NCBI RefSeq assembly: GCF_009914755.1
Contig: NC_060929.1
Direction: 5' to 3' (one strand)
Length of the DNA stretch: 64,000 bases
DNA from: the human T2T-CHM13v2.0 reference genome, Homo sapiens
Shown here: piece after piece, positions 1 through 13,636 of the stretch
Layout of the letters: every line of letters starts with the position of its first letter
Numbering within the stretch: the first letter of the stretch is position 1
Translations under genes and position numbers: made by a program
The notes under the pieces: model-generated
The model's database searches: none
Seen by the model: only the letters and a program-made list of their open reading frames with translations
Told to the model about the DNA's origin: nothing

Positions 1-1304
1 TGTTGTTGTTAATTCCCAGCTCACTCTGTCCAGCCCAATGTTTGGATAGCTTCTTCCCCATCCTGCTAACTGAATGACACCACAACTATTTTATTTTAGA
101 AGTAAATAAAGTTTTTAAATTTTTAATCGAAAAACCTTAAAGGTTATATACATAGGATCTAATGAATTCGGGTAACAAATGATTTTTAAGCAAAAATAAT
201 TGTCATCATTATGACATTATTTCAGCTACTTTCTTTGAATCAGATAATGTGGTACTTAATATCTTTAGTATGAAACATAAAATGAAACACTTTAAAAGCA
301 CCTCTACACATATTTTTATTACTTATAAACATATTGTGAATTTTAGTAAATAGAACCAGTGGCTGAGGAGAAACAGAAGTTAATGTTGAATGTGTGTGCA
401 TCCCCACAGAAGAAAACTAAATTCTTAATTCTTGTAAATTTGTATTCAAAAATAAAATGCTAAATTCTGGTCAACTGTCATTCCCATTAGTACCTGGTAC
501 TTTCTAAACCAAGGAATCTTGAAATGTTTGACTGACGTATTTAAGTTAACTGACAAGACAATCTATGCTTAGAATTCCTGAACAACTAACACAAAAATGT
601 CCCCTTTAAAGGTGACTTGGAATTTACCATTGAGATAATGCCAAATGGTCACTAAAGATGTTTAAACATCATTGTCTACTGTCTTCAGTGTGCCATTACA
701 GAGCCTTGGGTTCCTTTCACATAACAATCAATAGTGGATGAATAAGTCTCACCACTTGAAAGTATCTGAGAAAGGAAGTCAACAGAGTAATCTGGGTTTG
801 CTGGGTTGATTCAAGAAGAGACACAATATCCACCCCTCTTCTTCTAGTTCTCTTCCCCCAACCAGCCCACACCCCTGCAAGAAAGAAAGAAGGGAAAGAG
901 AGAAAGAAGGAAAGAGAGAGGGAAAAGGCAAGACCAAAATGTAGGGATCCCAGGCATAATTTACGCTGAGGAGAAAATGTCACACTGTGGGATAAACTAT
1001 AGCCATGGAAACAGACTTATGACTTTTACTTTGAAAATAAAAGAATGACAATGAAATTTGTGTGAGGTCTGTGTGAATCCAGTCCCAGATGTTTACAATG
1101 CTGTAGTAGTATGGCTCTGCAATATGAGAGGTTTCAGAAGAAACAGTACAACAGGACACCACAAAGCAGTGCATACGCTATTGACAATGCAGACATGAGC
1201 ATCATGTTACCAAGAGGGAAGGCAGGCAGAAGACAAATAGCAGCGGTGGTGCCTGAAAAGCTAACTTCATGGACTGCAATCACTCAAACTAACATAAGGG
1301 ACCC

Positions 1305-1330
1305 AAAACAAAACAAAACAAAACAAAAAT
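1305..1330 (+). repeat. (CAAAA)n simple repeat
   Basis: caaaacaaaacaaaacaaaacaaaa seen directly. Confidence 0.85.
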
Positions 1331-1913
1331 CAAAACCAGAAAAATGCTTTTCGCTCATATCTAGAGGTAGTGGGGTAAAGGGATGGGGGTGGGGAGAGAG
1401 TGGAATTGACTTTTCTTTCTTAAATAAAGTTCCCACAAAGCCCCTATAATTGACAGCGGATAATTATTTTCAGCTTGAGGAGCCTGTCCCAAAACTCTTA
1501 ACAAGATTGCCAGGGAAAAGAAACAAAATGTGTTTACTTGAGCCATTTCCAGAAGGAAGGAAAAATTGCTCTTTGGATGAGGTGGGAAAGGCGGTGGAGA
1601 GAGAAAGGGGCATCTTTGCACTGCAACAACTCTCTTGAGCGCCCTGCGTGGTCCGGCTAGTGACAGGCTGGAGGGAAGGGGTGGGTAGAGCGGCAAGGGG
1701 TGGGGGATGTGAAGGGAGCGCGCTTAGGGGAGGGGATGCGGCAGCACAATGTATACACGGGGGTTGGGGGGTGAATTAGTGTGAAAGTATTCCACTTAAT
1801 CATTTTACAGGGGTTGGGGACGTAAATATTTAGCTGGCCACATCTGGAACAGATTTTTCCCCCCCGTGTGGGCTGGGGGTGGATAATTGGAAGGAGGGGA
1901 GCATGCATTTGTT

Positions 1914-2980
<1,067 letters not shown>

Positions 2981-5900
2981 TCAGTGATTCTAAGCCAGAG
3001 GTGGGCTCTGCCTCTGCTGGTCAAACCTCATTTGCAGGGGTGGAGAAGAGGGGGGAGGGGGTCAACCGGCGGTGGGACATCTGAAACCCTAGGCTGCTGG
3101 GAACGCCAGGGAGAGGGAGGGTGAAAGGGGCAGAGAAGGGGGTGGGGGAGCAGGGGAGCGAGGAGAGAGCGCGATGCCTTTGCACCGAGCTCGGGGGCTG
3201 CCAGGTCCCTTCCTCGCCGCGGCTGTTGCGGCCGCAGCCTCCGCCGGCGCCTCTAGCTCTGTCTAATTCGCTGCTAAAGCGTCCTATGCTTGCAGCGCGG
3301 GCCACGGCGCTGACGGTATCTTCCCGCTTTCCGAATTTTGCTGTCTTCCAGCCTGAACCAATCCCTTCTGGGGAGCCCCTTTCTCACTTGCTTTCCAGCG
3401 TAGGATCTCCTCCCCCCACCCCCATTTCTTTTGGCAGTGAAGTACTTGAGAGCCACCTGGAGCCTGGTGCTTGGCTGACTTTTCCCCCCTTCTCACTCCC
3501 AGAAGAGGAGAGGGCTGGGAGAAAGCAGAAGATGCTGAGGATTTTAAACCGTCCAAAGCAGCAGGTTATAAACTGGTCAGAACGAGCACAGAAAAGGAAG
3601 ACATAATTAGTGTCCTTTCCTCCTCTGCTGCCAGCTTCCAAGGAGGTCTCCTCTTTAATGAATCACTGATTTCTCGCTTCCGTTGCTGAAGTAAAAAGTT
3701 CACACTTTGGCCCTCTCTGCCTTTTAAGCTCAGGGAGATTTATCGTCACCCTTAAAAGTTGCCTCTCTCGGCGCAAATGAAATCAGGGACCCAAATAACC
3801 GATTTCTAATTGCTAACATGAGCCCTTCACTGAATCATGCGTGCACTTCAAAGCAAACGCACTTTATGGCGATCGCAAAGATTTTACCATATAATTTGGC
3901 TGAATACCCTGCTGTCTGTTTTCTTTTTTATGCAATTTCCTTTGCACTTTGTCATAAAGGGGAGGTTTTTTTTTTTTTCTATCTTCACATTTAATGTTTA
4001 AAGGGCTCTGTTTTACAATATCACTGCACTACTAGTCCTCCTCTCCTTTTCACACTCTTTCAGGCCACCCCAACTCCTCCCTTGCTCGCAGAAACTAGCT
4101 CACAGCCCAGGTATTGACAGAACTAAGTCCAAGGCTAAGAAACCTTTGCCAAGAGTTAAGAGGCACAAAAAAGGAAATACTGTGATAATCCATTCCAATC
4201 TGAATAAGAAACAGCTCCTAGAGGACCACTTCTTTAAGAATGACTCTAAACTAGGGAACGTTTAACTAGAAGGAATGCCTAAACATGTACTGGAATGAAC
4301 TATCTATGTCACATAGGACAGTTAGACATTTGTGTTTTGTTGAAGCCCACAAAATTGCCAACATTTTAAGGTTTTGTACCTACAAAAGTGGTAATTTCAT
4401 ATGTTTCAACCTAAAATTAGGCTGCCAATGTAAGACAGAGAAACACTTCAAGGTGAACTGGGAGTTTAACAACAGCAACTGTAATTTGGAGGGAACTAAT
4501 TAGAAGAGTCTGTGTTCACACAAGCTAGGATCCCTATGATGTGCGTTTGACCTCCATATTGGTTGTGAACCAGAGGAAATGCAAAGAAAAAAGAATTAGC
4601 GTTAGAGATGAGCATTAGGAAGGATTGCTCAATTAAGTATTTAGTGACTTGAAAAATGAGTTTACATGAATGTTCTTATATTTTTCTGTGTATTCAAATC
4701 CTTTGAAATAGAATCATTTAATACTAGAATCAGGATTTTAATTGCATTAGTTATAACTCATGCAGTGCTTATTTAGAAGAGTTCAACAATGTGGTGAACA
4801 TTACAATAGGTTTTTAAAGTTTGATATAATTAGCTCTAATTTCTGTAGATATTAATTGGAAAGTTAAGCAAATAAAGAGCACACATCAAGCGAGTCTTTT
4901 TCTTTAGGATACTGAAAAATGAACCAACAGTGCGAATTTCAATGTTTTAGTTCACAGTTTTATACCTGAGAGGACAAATGCCTGAAAGACAGTGTAGTGT
5001 TTCCCATGGATTTGGGTTTCAGCCCAATGGTCCAGAAGAATCCAAATGTTTGAATTTACAACTAATTAAAACTACATTTTTTAAAAATTATGTTTGATGA
5101 AACCATACAATAAAGATTCTGCTGTGAAAAGTTACAAAACACAGGAAGTTATTATTTTGGGGTTTCTGTACAATAGGAACCAACACTATTGATGCCACTT
5201 TGGGGTTTAAGAATTTTTGTTAAACTCACCCTAGACATGTGCCCCTCCAATCCAAAGCTAGTCTCTCTTTCTCCCTCTCTCTCTCATACACACATCTACC
5301 AACTTTATGTTCCAGTAGAAGAAGCCATTCAGATCTTTTAGCTAGGAGTTTCTTTGTTTTTTCTGTCTAAAATGAGGGAAAAGATGTCTTTAAACTTTCA
5401 TATTAAAATCTGGTTGCAGCAGGTGCAGTGTTTGAAAGTTCTAGAGCCCCTTCGCTGCTCTTCTGTACAGCGTGATGACAAGAGGGCATTTACAAAACAG
5501 CCCAAAGGAAAAGCTGACATAGCTTTTTAGATTATATCTCATTCTTCTTTTTCTTTTCTGTGCAGCCTTTCTTTTACAGCACAGTTGAATCTCTAAATAC
5601 CCAACTACTTTGCATTGTTAGGTCACCTCTTAGGTTAGCCCGAGAAAGCCTGAGAAAAGTTCCACAGGAAAGATGCACTATTTAACGGAATTCAATCTCT
5701 CCCAATAGATTTGAATCACTAACATAAATGTATGAATGTAGATTATATCTCTGTAATGAGGCCTGAATCATTCTCAGTTACTTCAAAGGACTGAAATTCT
5801 ACCTTCCTTTTTTAGCTGCAATAATCAGGTCTTAATGGGTTCCTTTATTAATTGTTTCTTTGCTAGGATTGAAAAGGACAGTACAAGCTTCAGATTAGAG

Positions 5901-7744
5901 TGGTACCTACTAATTCTCAAAGGCTGTTTTTCTCTTTTATCCAACTTCTGGAAGGCATACTTTATTTCTATGCCCTTAAACATATCTGCTACTATCAGGC
6001 TAGCTCTGTATTGAGAGAAATAGATGCAGCCTTTTGTTACGTGTGATGTCTTGAGAAATGATTGAGGCTTTTTAAAACAAGACCATGGCAGCAGCCATTG
6101 AAGAATCCTAAAACCTGGCTCTTGAACCTCAGAGAAGCAATCAGTGTATGTACTAGCAGATCCTTCAGTAGCTATTGTGTTTGAGCAGTTTACATTTTAC
6201 ATATGTATTGCCTGGATTCTTTATGTTGCTCAGCACTACCTATGGTTCAGTTACAAGATGTGTGCCCTATTATGTATGATGTTATTGGCAGCGTCAGTAA
6301 GCTGCTTCAAGTAATGCTAAGTAAGGTCAAAAGTCAGCCACGCTGTTCAAAAATTTAGACATATGCAGGCCTCATTTTTTCACCCTGTGGTGCAGACCTT
6401 ATGAGTATGTGTCACAGCCCATTTTTCCCTTTTGGACACAGAACATGCCAGTTTTAAGTCATCATTAGGACTTGTGCACTTCCCAGGCTGCAGCTAGAAA
6501 TGATGCTAATAATCACTCACATTTGGGTGAATGAAGGAGTGATATCTTATTGTTTTTAAACCAGGAGCTTCAAGTGAACAGAAAAGAGGTGTTATCCCAC
6601 AGATAGTGGTGTGCATTGCTTCAGAGCCAGTGGGAATCTTAGCTATAACTGAATCCAACACATGTATTTTATAGATGAATAAGCTGATTCCCAGGTCACT
6701 CCATGGTAGACCAGAATTTGGAACTCCTGTGATAGACCTTAGGCTATTACCCTAATTTTTGCAACACCTGTCCTGTTTATATTCTTTTTCTTCCTCCCTA
6801 CTCCCTTTCTTACCATTGACCATTCATCATTCTAATATGTCTAAGATGGCAGAGTAGAAATGATAAAAAGAGTTAGGGGTTTAGTTATGGAAAAGCAATT
6901 ATATCTTTGCTGCAATAGATTAACCAGAGAAAAGTAATAAAATAGTGTTGAATTATTAAGTACCAGCTGGGTTAGCTAAAATAAATATTGATATATACTT
7001 GGCAAAGGGGGATATTTTATCAATGCTTCCGAGATGAGCACAATCAAAAAGTAATGAATACCCCATATTTTCAGAATACCCCAATTTTTTAATAGAATCT
7101 GAATTTATAAGTTCACCTCTAGAAAACTGATGAGACTTTCTAGAAAAGTAGATTTATAATTTGATCCGGGTTTCTGCGTTCTAATATTAATTTTCCATAA
7201 AGTATTGTGATATTTCAAAGCATAGGTTGCTTAAACAAATTTTTTTCAAAGTTTGAAACTAAGGTTAATTTTCTGTTCCCTCACTTTCAAACAGACTCAA
7301 TGATCTGTTATTAGGAAGGAAATATGGCCAAGATGATAAAAAGGATCTTTTGTAACAAGAAAAGAATTCTATATAAGATTGTTTAAAACATACAATAAAT
7401 CACCACAAATTCCTGGAAACTGAACTTTGCATCTTGGCACTAAACACAACAAACATATTTTCACAAAGCTGCTGTTTGTCCCCTCCCAGCTGATGGTAAA
7501 CAGAACCTTCCCTTGACAAAGTTGTGAAGTCTCTGAAAAGTTTTGTTTGTTTTCTGTGTTCCCAGCTGTCCTTTTGTAGATCTGTGCCTCTTCCTACTTC
7601 AAGCTCTCTAGGCATCTTAGTCCTGCTATCTATGGCAAAATTGTAAACATTCTGATATTAGTCATTTATGTTTGTGAATTAACTGACAGATTATAATATT
7701 TTCTTTAAAGTTGTAATGTCATGCCAACAGACATTTAACTGGTT

Positions 7745-7850
7745 TTTATTCAATTAATGTTTATTGAGTGCCTACTATATGCTAGGTAGGCATTGTGAAT
7801 GGTGCAAGGTTTTTCCAATAAATTAGACAGAGAAACTTACCCCATAAAGA
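7745..7850 (-). mobile_element. L2 LINE 3' fragment
   Basis: attcaattaatgtttattgagtgcctactatatgctagg matches the reverse L2 terminus. Confidence 0.6.
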
Positions 7851-8418
7851 ATGTGCATGCATGATTGAATGCATGAATTTAGGCAGTTTATCATTAATGA
7901 TGGGCAAAATATGGTTATCTTAGGACTCAGAAACCAGATATTGGAAAGACAGATATTGAAAAAGAAAGAAGAGCCCCTGAAAATTCTTTTTGATTTTCCT
8001 TTTCTCTACAACAAGAGCTAAGGAAAACTGTGACTTCTATTTATGGCTTCACGAATGATTAAGACTTGATTTTTCCCTATTTTATGTCCCTGGCACAATC
8101 CTTTTTTCTAGATTTTCTCTACAGTGTGGAGATTTTGGTTGCATCCTTTCTGTCAACCCAACCCGACCTCCTCTCTTTTACTCCTGCTCCCAGACTCCTG
8201 GAAGCATATTTCTTGCTTTCTAGTTTATTATTTTAATTACTTCCCAATAAAAGTTCCCTAATCCATTTGCTGTCCTCTGTGCCTCTTATTATGAAATATA
8301 ATTTGACCTGATATCCATTCTATTTGAAAAATTTTGCCTCTGTTAAGCAAATTTTGACAAAAAGAATGTATTTTCTATGAATTAAAAATTATTGTGTTGG
8401 GGGCAATGCAATATTTGC

Positions 8419-8891
8419 TGTACTGGATTTCCTTCGATTGGCCCCCAGATCCATTCTTTCCCCTCCTCTGCTCAGCTCTGTGCTGACATGTGTGAATCAC
8501 CGGTCCTTTTTAAATAGAAGACTTTGAGTTTGTTTTGTCAATGGGAGAATGGAATCCTTAGATCAGCACACAGAAGGCGAGAGAACTCTGGATATTTCCT
8601 CCTCTCCTCCTTTATGTTTCAGTGACACTTTTCTGGCAGTGTCTGTATCCCTTCCCACTGGGTGACCCCTCCTCTAGGACTCTGGCTATCACTGGCAACC
8701 CTAAAATAATATTTCCTCCCCATCTTCTTAAGCTCAAGGACTGGTAGCAGTTCCTGTCTATTACTTGCCTATCATCATTATCCCTTGTTTCTTTCACAGT
8801 GCCTGCACCTTTGTAACTGGTTACTTTATTAAAGTCTCTTCACTTAAATCAACTGGGAAGAATTCTGTCCTACTCAGGACACTAACTTCAA
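8419..8891 (+). mobile_element. Old ERVL-type solo LTR (LTR33-like)
   Basis: TG start, cccagatccattctttcccctcctctgctcagctctgtgc, and attaaa near the 3' end. Confidence 0.45.
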
Positions 8892-10305
8892 ACTGCAGTA
8901 TATACCATCACAGTAAGTAACCAGTTCATAAAATGTGGTTTTTTGGATATCTGAGATAACAGGGAAGTGCAAATTACTACAAAGCAGGTTGTGAAGCATC
9001 TAATGCTTGCTTGGTGATGTACAGGATTCCTTAAACCATACGAAAGGTAATGCCGCATGACATTTGCCCTCTAGAAATGTATAATCTAATATTGAATTTT
9101 GATTGATCATTGCAGAGTTTTTTATTTAGCTAATGATTTTGAGGTCTAAAATCAAAGAGTAATTTATTTTGATTGCTGACTGTTCAATAAAATACATTTA
9201 TATAAATGACTTCAGAAAAGGAATCCAAGAAAGTAGAAATTATGTTCATAAATGACATACATTTATGGAAAACTGTAAAGTTCTAAATTAAAATCAGCTT
9301 TTTTCTTTTTAGTTTAAATATTTCCTAATATTAATCTTTACTAATTTTTAAAATCATTAATGTTTTTATAAGGAAACATGTTATACTGATGTTTGTTAAT
9401 AGTCTGGTGTATAAAAGAATGGGGGAAATTAATATTATTTTCTAGCCCACTGAGAGGTATTGTTTGAACATTTTCGTTTCAACTAAAGACAGATCTTTAA
9501 AAATAAATAAAGAAATATGCAGCCCTCAATTGTACAGCTAGGTGCTAAAGCTAGGTAAAGCACCAAAAACCCCAAGATGAAATACATTTGCAGATAATTT
9601 TGTGTATTGCTCACTGTCTAGACAGTTTCACAAATTTCATAAACAAATGACTTCTTATAGAAATCAATATAGCCTAGAGTCTATGAAGCCCAGATCAGGG
9701 CTTAGTCTTTCATCTTCTAATCTTATAACCCTGAGAATTTATAGAATTTTGTATCTTTATAGCTAGAAAATACTTTAACTCTCTTAGTTCTACTGCCCTT
9801 ACTTTACAGGTGGAAAAAAAAAAAAAGAGAGATCTGGGATCACGAAGTGAGCTGCCCAGGATGACAGGGCCGATAGTGACAAGCTGCTTCCTGTGCACTA
9901 AACTAGTGAATGGCAAGCACTTCAGCCTTACATACTTACAGATATAATGCACTTCCAAGAATAACAGTGGCCCCTTCTGAGGCTGTGGGGCAAGAAGGAA
10001 GAGAGGGAACATTTCAGAATCTCTGGGGCATTTGGCACGTGATGTTTGGAAAATTCTCAAGGTGTATTGCAATGTTTGCCTTCGGAAGGTTCTGACCTTG
10101 TGGTTGAAAACTTCTGGGCTATCGCTAAGTTAGGACAGCTTTTTGATAAATCTCTTGAATCTTAGCTAGGGGTGAAGGAGACTGCTTTTAGGTTTATGGT
10201 TCAACAGTAGGCCCTTTTGAAATTCATTTCTTCTTAAAAATCTATAATGTCTCCTTCTTTCCTATATGTTAAGTATAAATTCTGGCTTTCATATTCCTAT
10301 TGCAG

Positions 10306-10659
10306 TGATATGGTTTGGCTGTGTCCCCACCGAAATCTCATCTTGAATTCCCACATGTGGGAGGGACCCAGTGGGAGGTAATTGAGTCATGGTGGCAAGT
10401 CTTTCCTGTGCCCTTCTCATGATAGTGAATAAGTCTCACAAGATCTGATAGTCTTAAAAAGAGGAATTCCCCTGCACAAACTCTCTTTCTTTGCCTGCCG
10501 CCATCCATGTAAGATGTGACTTGCTCCACCTTTCCCTCTGCCATGATTGTGAGGCCTCCCCAGCCATGTGAAACTGTAAGTCCAATTGAACCTCTTTCTT
10601 CTGTAAATTGCCCAGTCTAGGTTATGTCTTTATCAGCAGCATGAAAACAGACTAATACA
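10306..10659 (+). mobile_element. THE1 (ERVL-MaLR) solo LTR
   Basis: tgatatggtttggctgtgtcccc...cagactaataca; flanks tgcag/ttcag form a degenerate 5-bp TSD. Confidence 0.93.
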
Positions 10660-11049
10660 TTCAGTTATCAGCAGAAGTTTGGCTATTTTAATTTGACATT
10701 TGAATTATATTGGCAGAGGGAGAAAGAACTTAGAAATATTTCTTCGGCCAACTTCTGAGAAAGAAACATTCTTTTGCTTTACACCATTGTAGCCATGTTC
10801 ATCTGTGGGTGAATTAAGGTAGAGTCTTCCTACCTTACAGCACTAGATAGTAATGTTTATTTATTTAGCTGGTATGTTTTCAGTGTTTCGCCTATACTTG
10901 CTGTTTTATATATTTTTTCCCTAAAAATAGGAAAATATATATAAATATATAATTTCCTAAAATATATATGAGAAATATTTTAATCATGTATTTTCTACAA
11001 TTTGAAACTTAGTTGTGGGAAATCACCCAACTCATTCCTGTCATTTTAT

Positions 11050-11051
<2 letters not shown>

Positions 11052-11091
<40 letters not shown>
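11052..11091 (+). repeat. (CA)~19 microsatellite
   Basis: Seen directly. Confidence 0.97.
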
Positions 11092-11093
<2 letters not shown>

Positions 11094-13281
11094 CTTCAAG
11101 GACCTCTTATTAGACATCTAGTCTTGTTTTGAATTTGAAAAATAAAGCTTATCAGATCATTAGGAATAGATTGAAAAAATAATAAGAAGCTTAAAGACTT
11201 ACATATACAATTTTGGCACTGTTCAATATCTATCTATAACAGATAAATGTTATTTCTATTAATTATTGCTAGATTCTGTTTTAGAGGTCAACTTCTAGAC
11301 TGACAGAAATAATGCTAGTAAAAGAATTGCATAGTAGAACAATAAAAGTAGCCCACTGTAACTGGAAGGCAATTAAGAGCATTTGATTTATCAAAGAAAT
11401 TTAAGTGTTATATGATTAGATGCGTAAGTTATTTGCCCTCCAGTCTGACAAGATAGGGGAAAAAGTAGAAAGGAACATGGACCTTAGATATGAAAGTCCA
11501 CATCCAGGCAGGTGAAGTTACTTGCCCAAGTGGCAAAGCCAGCATTTATTTCCATTTTCTGACACAATCCTCTGCCTAGAAAAGCCCTGGGCACCCAGAT
11601 TCAGTACTTTGAACCTCAGAAATGCCAGTTGGCAAAGTCTGGGGGACTCCATGTTGAGAGAGCCTAAGGAGTAAGGACAGTGGTAGTTCACATTATGTCT
11701 TTTTATATTTTTCTCTTTCACGTGCCTGATTTTATTGTTTATTCTAGAAAATTCTGGGTTCTGAAGGCATACTTAAATGAAAGCAATACCTCTGCTTCTC
11801 TGTTTCATTCCCAAATGTAGAGGTTTGTTCTGCAGAACCACCTGCTCTGTTTGATTATTGATACTACAACAGTAGCAGTAAAGAGAGCCCTTGTCCTTGA
11901 CTTGGGACCCTGCTCTGTGTCAAGTTAACCCTTCTTCTTTCCTTTGGGGGCAGATACCTAACTTCTGGGCTACTTTTCCACCAAGATGAAAAAGAAATTG
12001 ATTATTTTGCCTAGAAATCTAAGGCTGGATAGTGCACATCCATTCTACATAATTAGTGGAGAAAAAAAACTTTGCAAGCTAGCTGAGGATGTTCCCTGAG
12101 AGCATTTGAAGCTTACTTTAGTGAAGATTCTTAAAATGACCTCAAGGGGGGCTATGAGGAAAAAAAATCCCTATTTACTCATTACTTAAGAGTTAGAATT
12201 TAGCTAACAAACTCTGCTGCCATTCTCACCTCTGTTTTGGTATTTTGAGTGTGTCAGTTGAATTTTAGCTACTGCATTTTTAAAATAAGTAAAACTTTAA
12301 AGTAGTAAAATGAGTCTTAACCTAAAGACAGGATCTCCTATTATCAAAGTCCAAAATGAAATTGTTTGTAAGGTTAAAAAAATTATAACTAAGCAAAGCC
12401 AGGGGAAAAAGTGACTAGTTTATCTTTTGGTAAAGAAGCAAGGGAAATGAAATACAGACAGCAAGGAAACCACATCTTTGGTAAAGTTAGAAACCTCAGC
12501 CTCAGAGTTTTTTTTTTTCTTTTTTAAATAAAGCAACTTTTAGATTTAGCAATATAAAGTATAATTCGTTTTGGTACTTAGGAACATTTTAATGATAAAC
12601 ACTATCCTTTCAGGCCTACTGAAAATACACACAGTTGTATCCACATGACAGCATATAAAGGTTTTATGAAGAAATTAATTGCTGTATAAAGTTTGGGGAG
12701 CCAATTTCATTTTCATCATTTTTCTGTCTCAAACATATTTGCTTCTGTCATTTGGAGGAAAGCTTGTCTCCTGGTTGAATTGTCTTTCTTACAAAATGAA
12801 TTTTTGAAAGCTACCCAACTGAGGAAGGGTGAATGACCATTAGGAAAAATTAAACATTTATGGCCAACATTTATGATGTTGGTGGAAAGGAAAGAGAAAG
12901 CTGTGTACTCCAATTTCCATCAGGAAAGTGCAGAAGCTGGAAACAGAACATTATGTTCAGATAGGAGGAGGGGAAGGTGGAATGTTTTGTCACAGTGCTG
13001 CTCCCTACAAGGGACTAGTAAAGGGAGGGATGCAGAGAGCCCTCCTGCAGCATGCAAATGGAAGGGGCTCTGATCCAGATCCCTGCCTTTGGTCAAAGCA
13101 TCTCAAGACTAAGAGCCAGTGCCCAAGCACTTCCCTCTGTGGTGAAGAGAAGTGGATGAGGCATTGTCCTCAATTTCAGGAGTGTGTGATGTTCCTGTAA
13201 AGAAGCTGTATGTTTAAGAGCCTGATGGAAGGGAGTGTGTACCTGGAGCACATTTTCCAAAAGTGACACTATTTAAGACCC

Positions 13282-13636
13282 TGATATGGTTTGCCTGTGT
13301 CCCCACCCAAATCTTGAATTGTACCATAATTCTCATTGTCATGGGAGGGACCTGGTAGGGGGTGATTGAATCACGAGGGCAGGTTTTTTCTGTGCTGTTC
13401 TTGTAATAGTGAATTAGTCTCATGAGATCTGATGGTTTTATAAAGGGGAGATCCCCTGCACATGCTCTCTCTTGCCTGCCACCATGCAAGACGTGACTTT
13501 GCTCCTCCTTTGTCATCTGCAATGATTGTGAGGCCTCCCCAGCCATGTGGAACTGTGAGCCATTAAACCTCTTTCCTTTATAAATTACTCAGTCTCAGGT
13601 ATGTCTTTACAAGCAGTGTGAGAACAGACTAATACA
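13282..13636 (+). mobile_element. THE1 (ERVL-MaLR) solo LTR
   Basis: tgatatggtttgcctgtgtccccacccaaatc...cagactaataca; flanks gaccc/ggccc. Confidence 0.93.

Noticed and set aside
3565-3572. TATA box (TTATAAA)
   Set aside because: Reads TATAAA on the plus strand, opposite to FGF10; no TSS evidence to anchor it.
3121-3606. 161-aa plus-strand ORF and other ORFs over the GC-rich promoter
   Set aside because: GTG start, low-complexity Pro/Ser/Gly content and no recognisable domain; long ORFs are expected in GC-rich DNA.
10660-13281. Full THE1 provirus between the two LTRs
   Set aside because: Each LTR has its own TSD. The spacer is longer than THE1-int, contains a CA repeat and does not resemble it.
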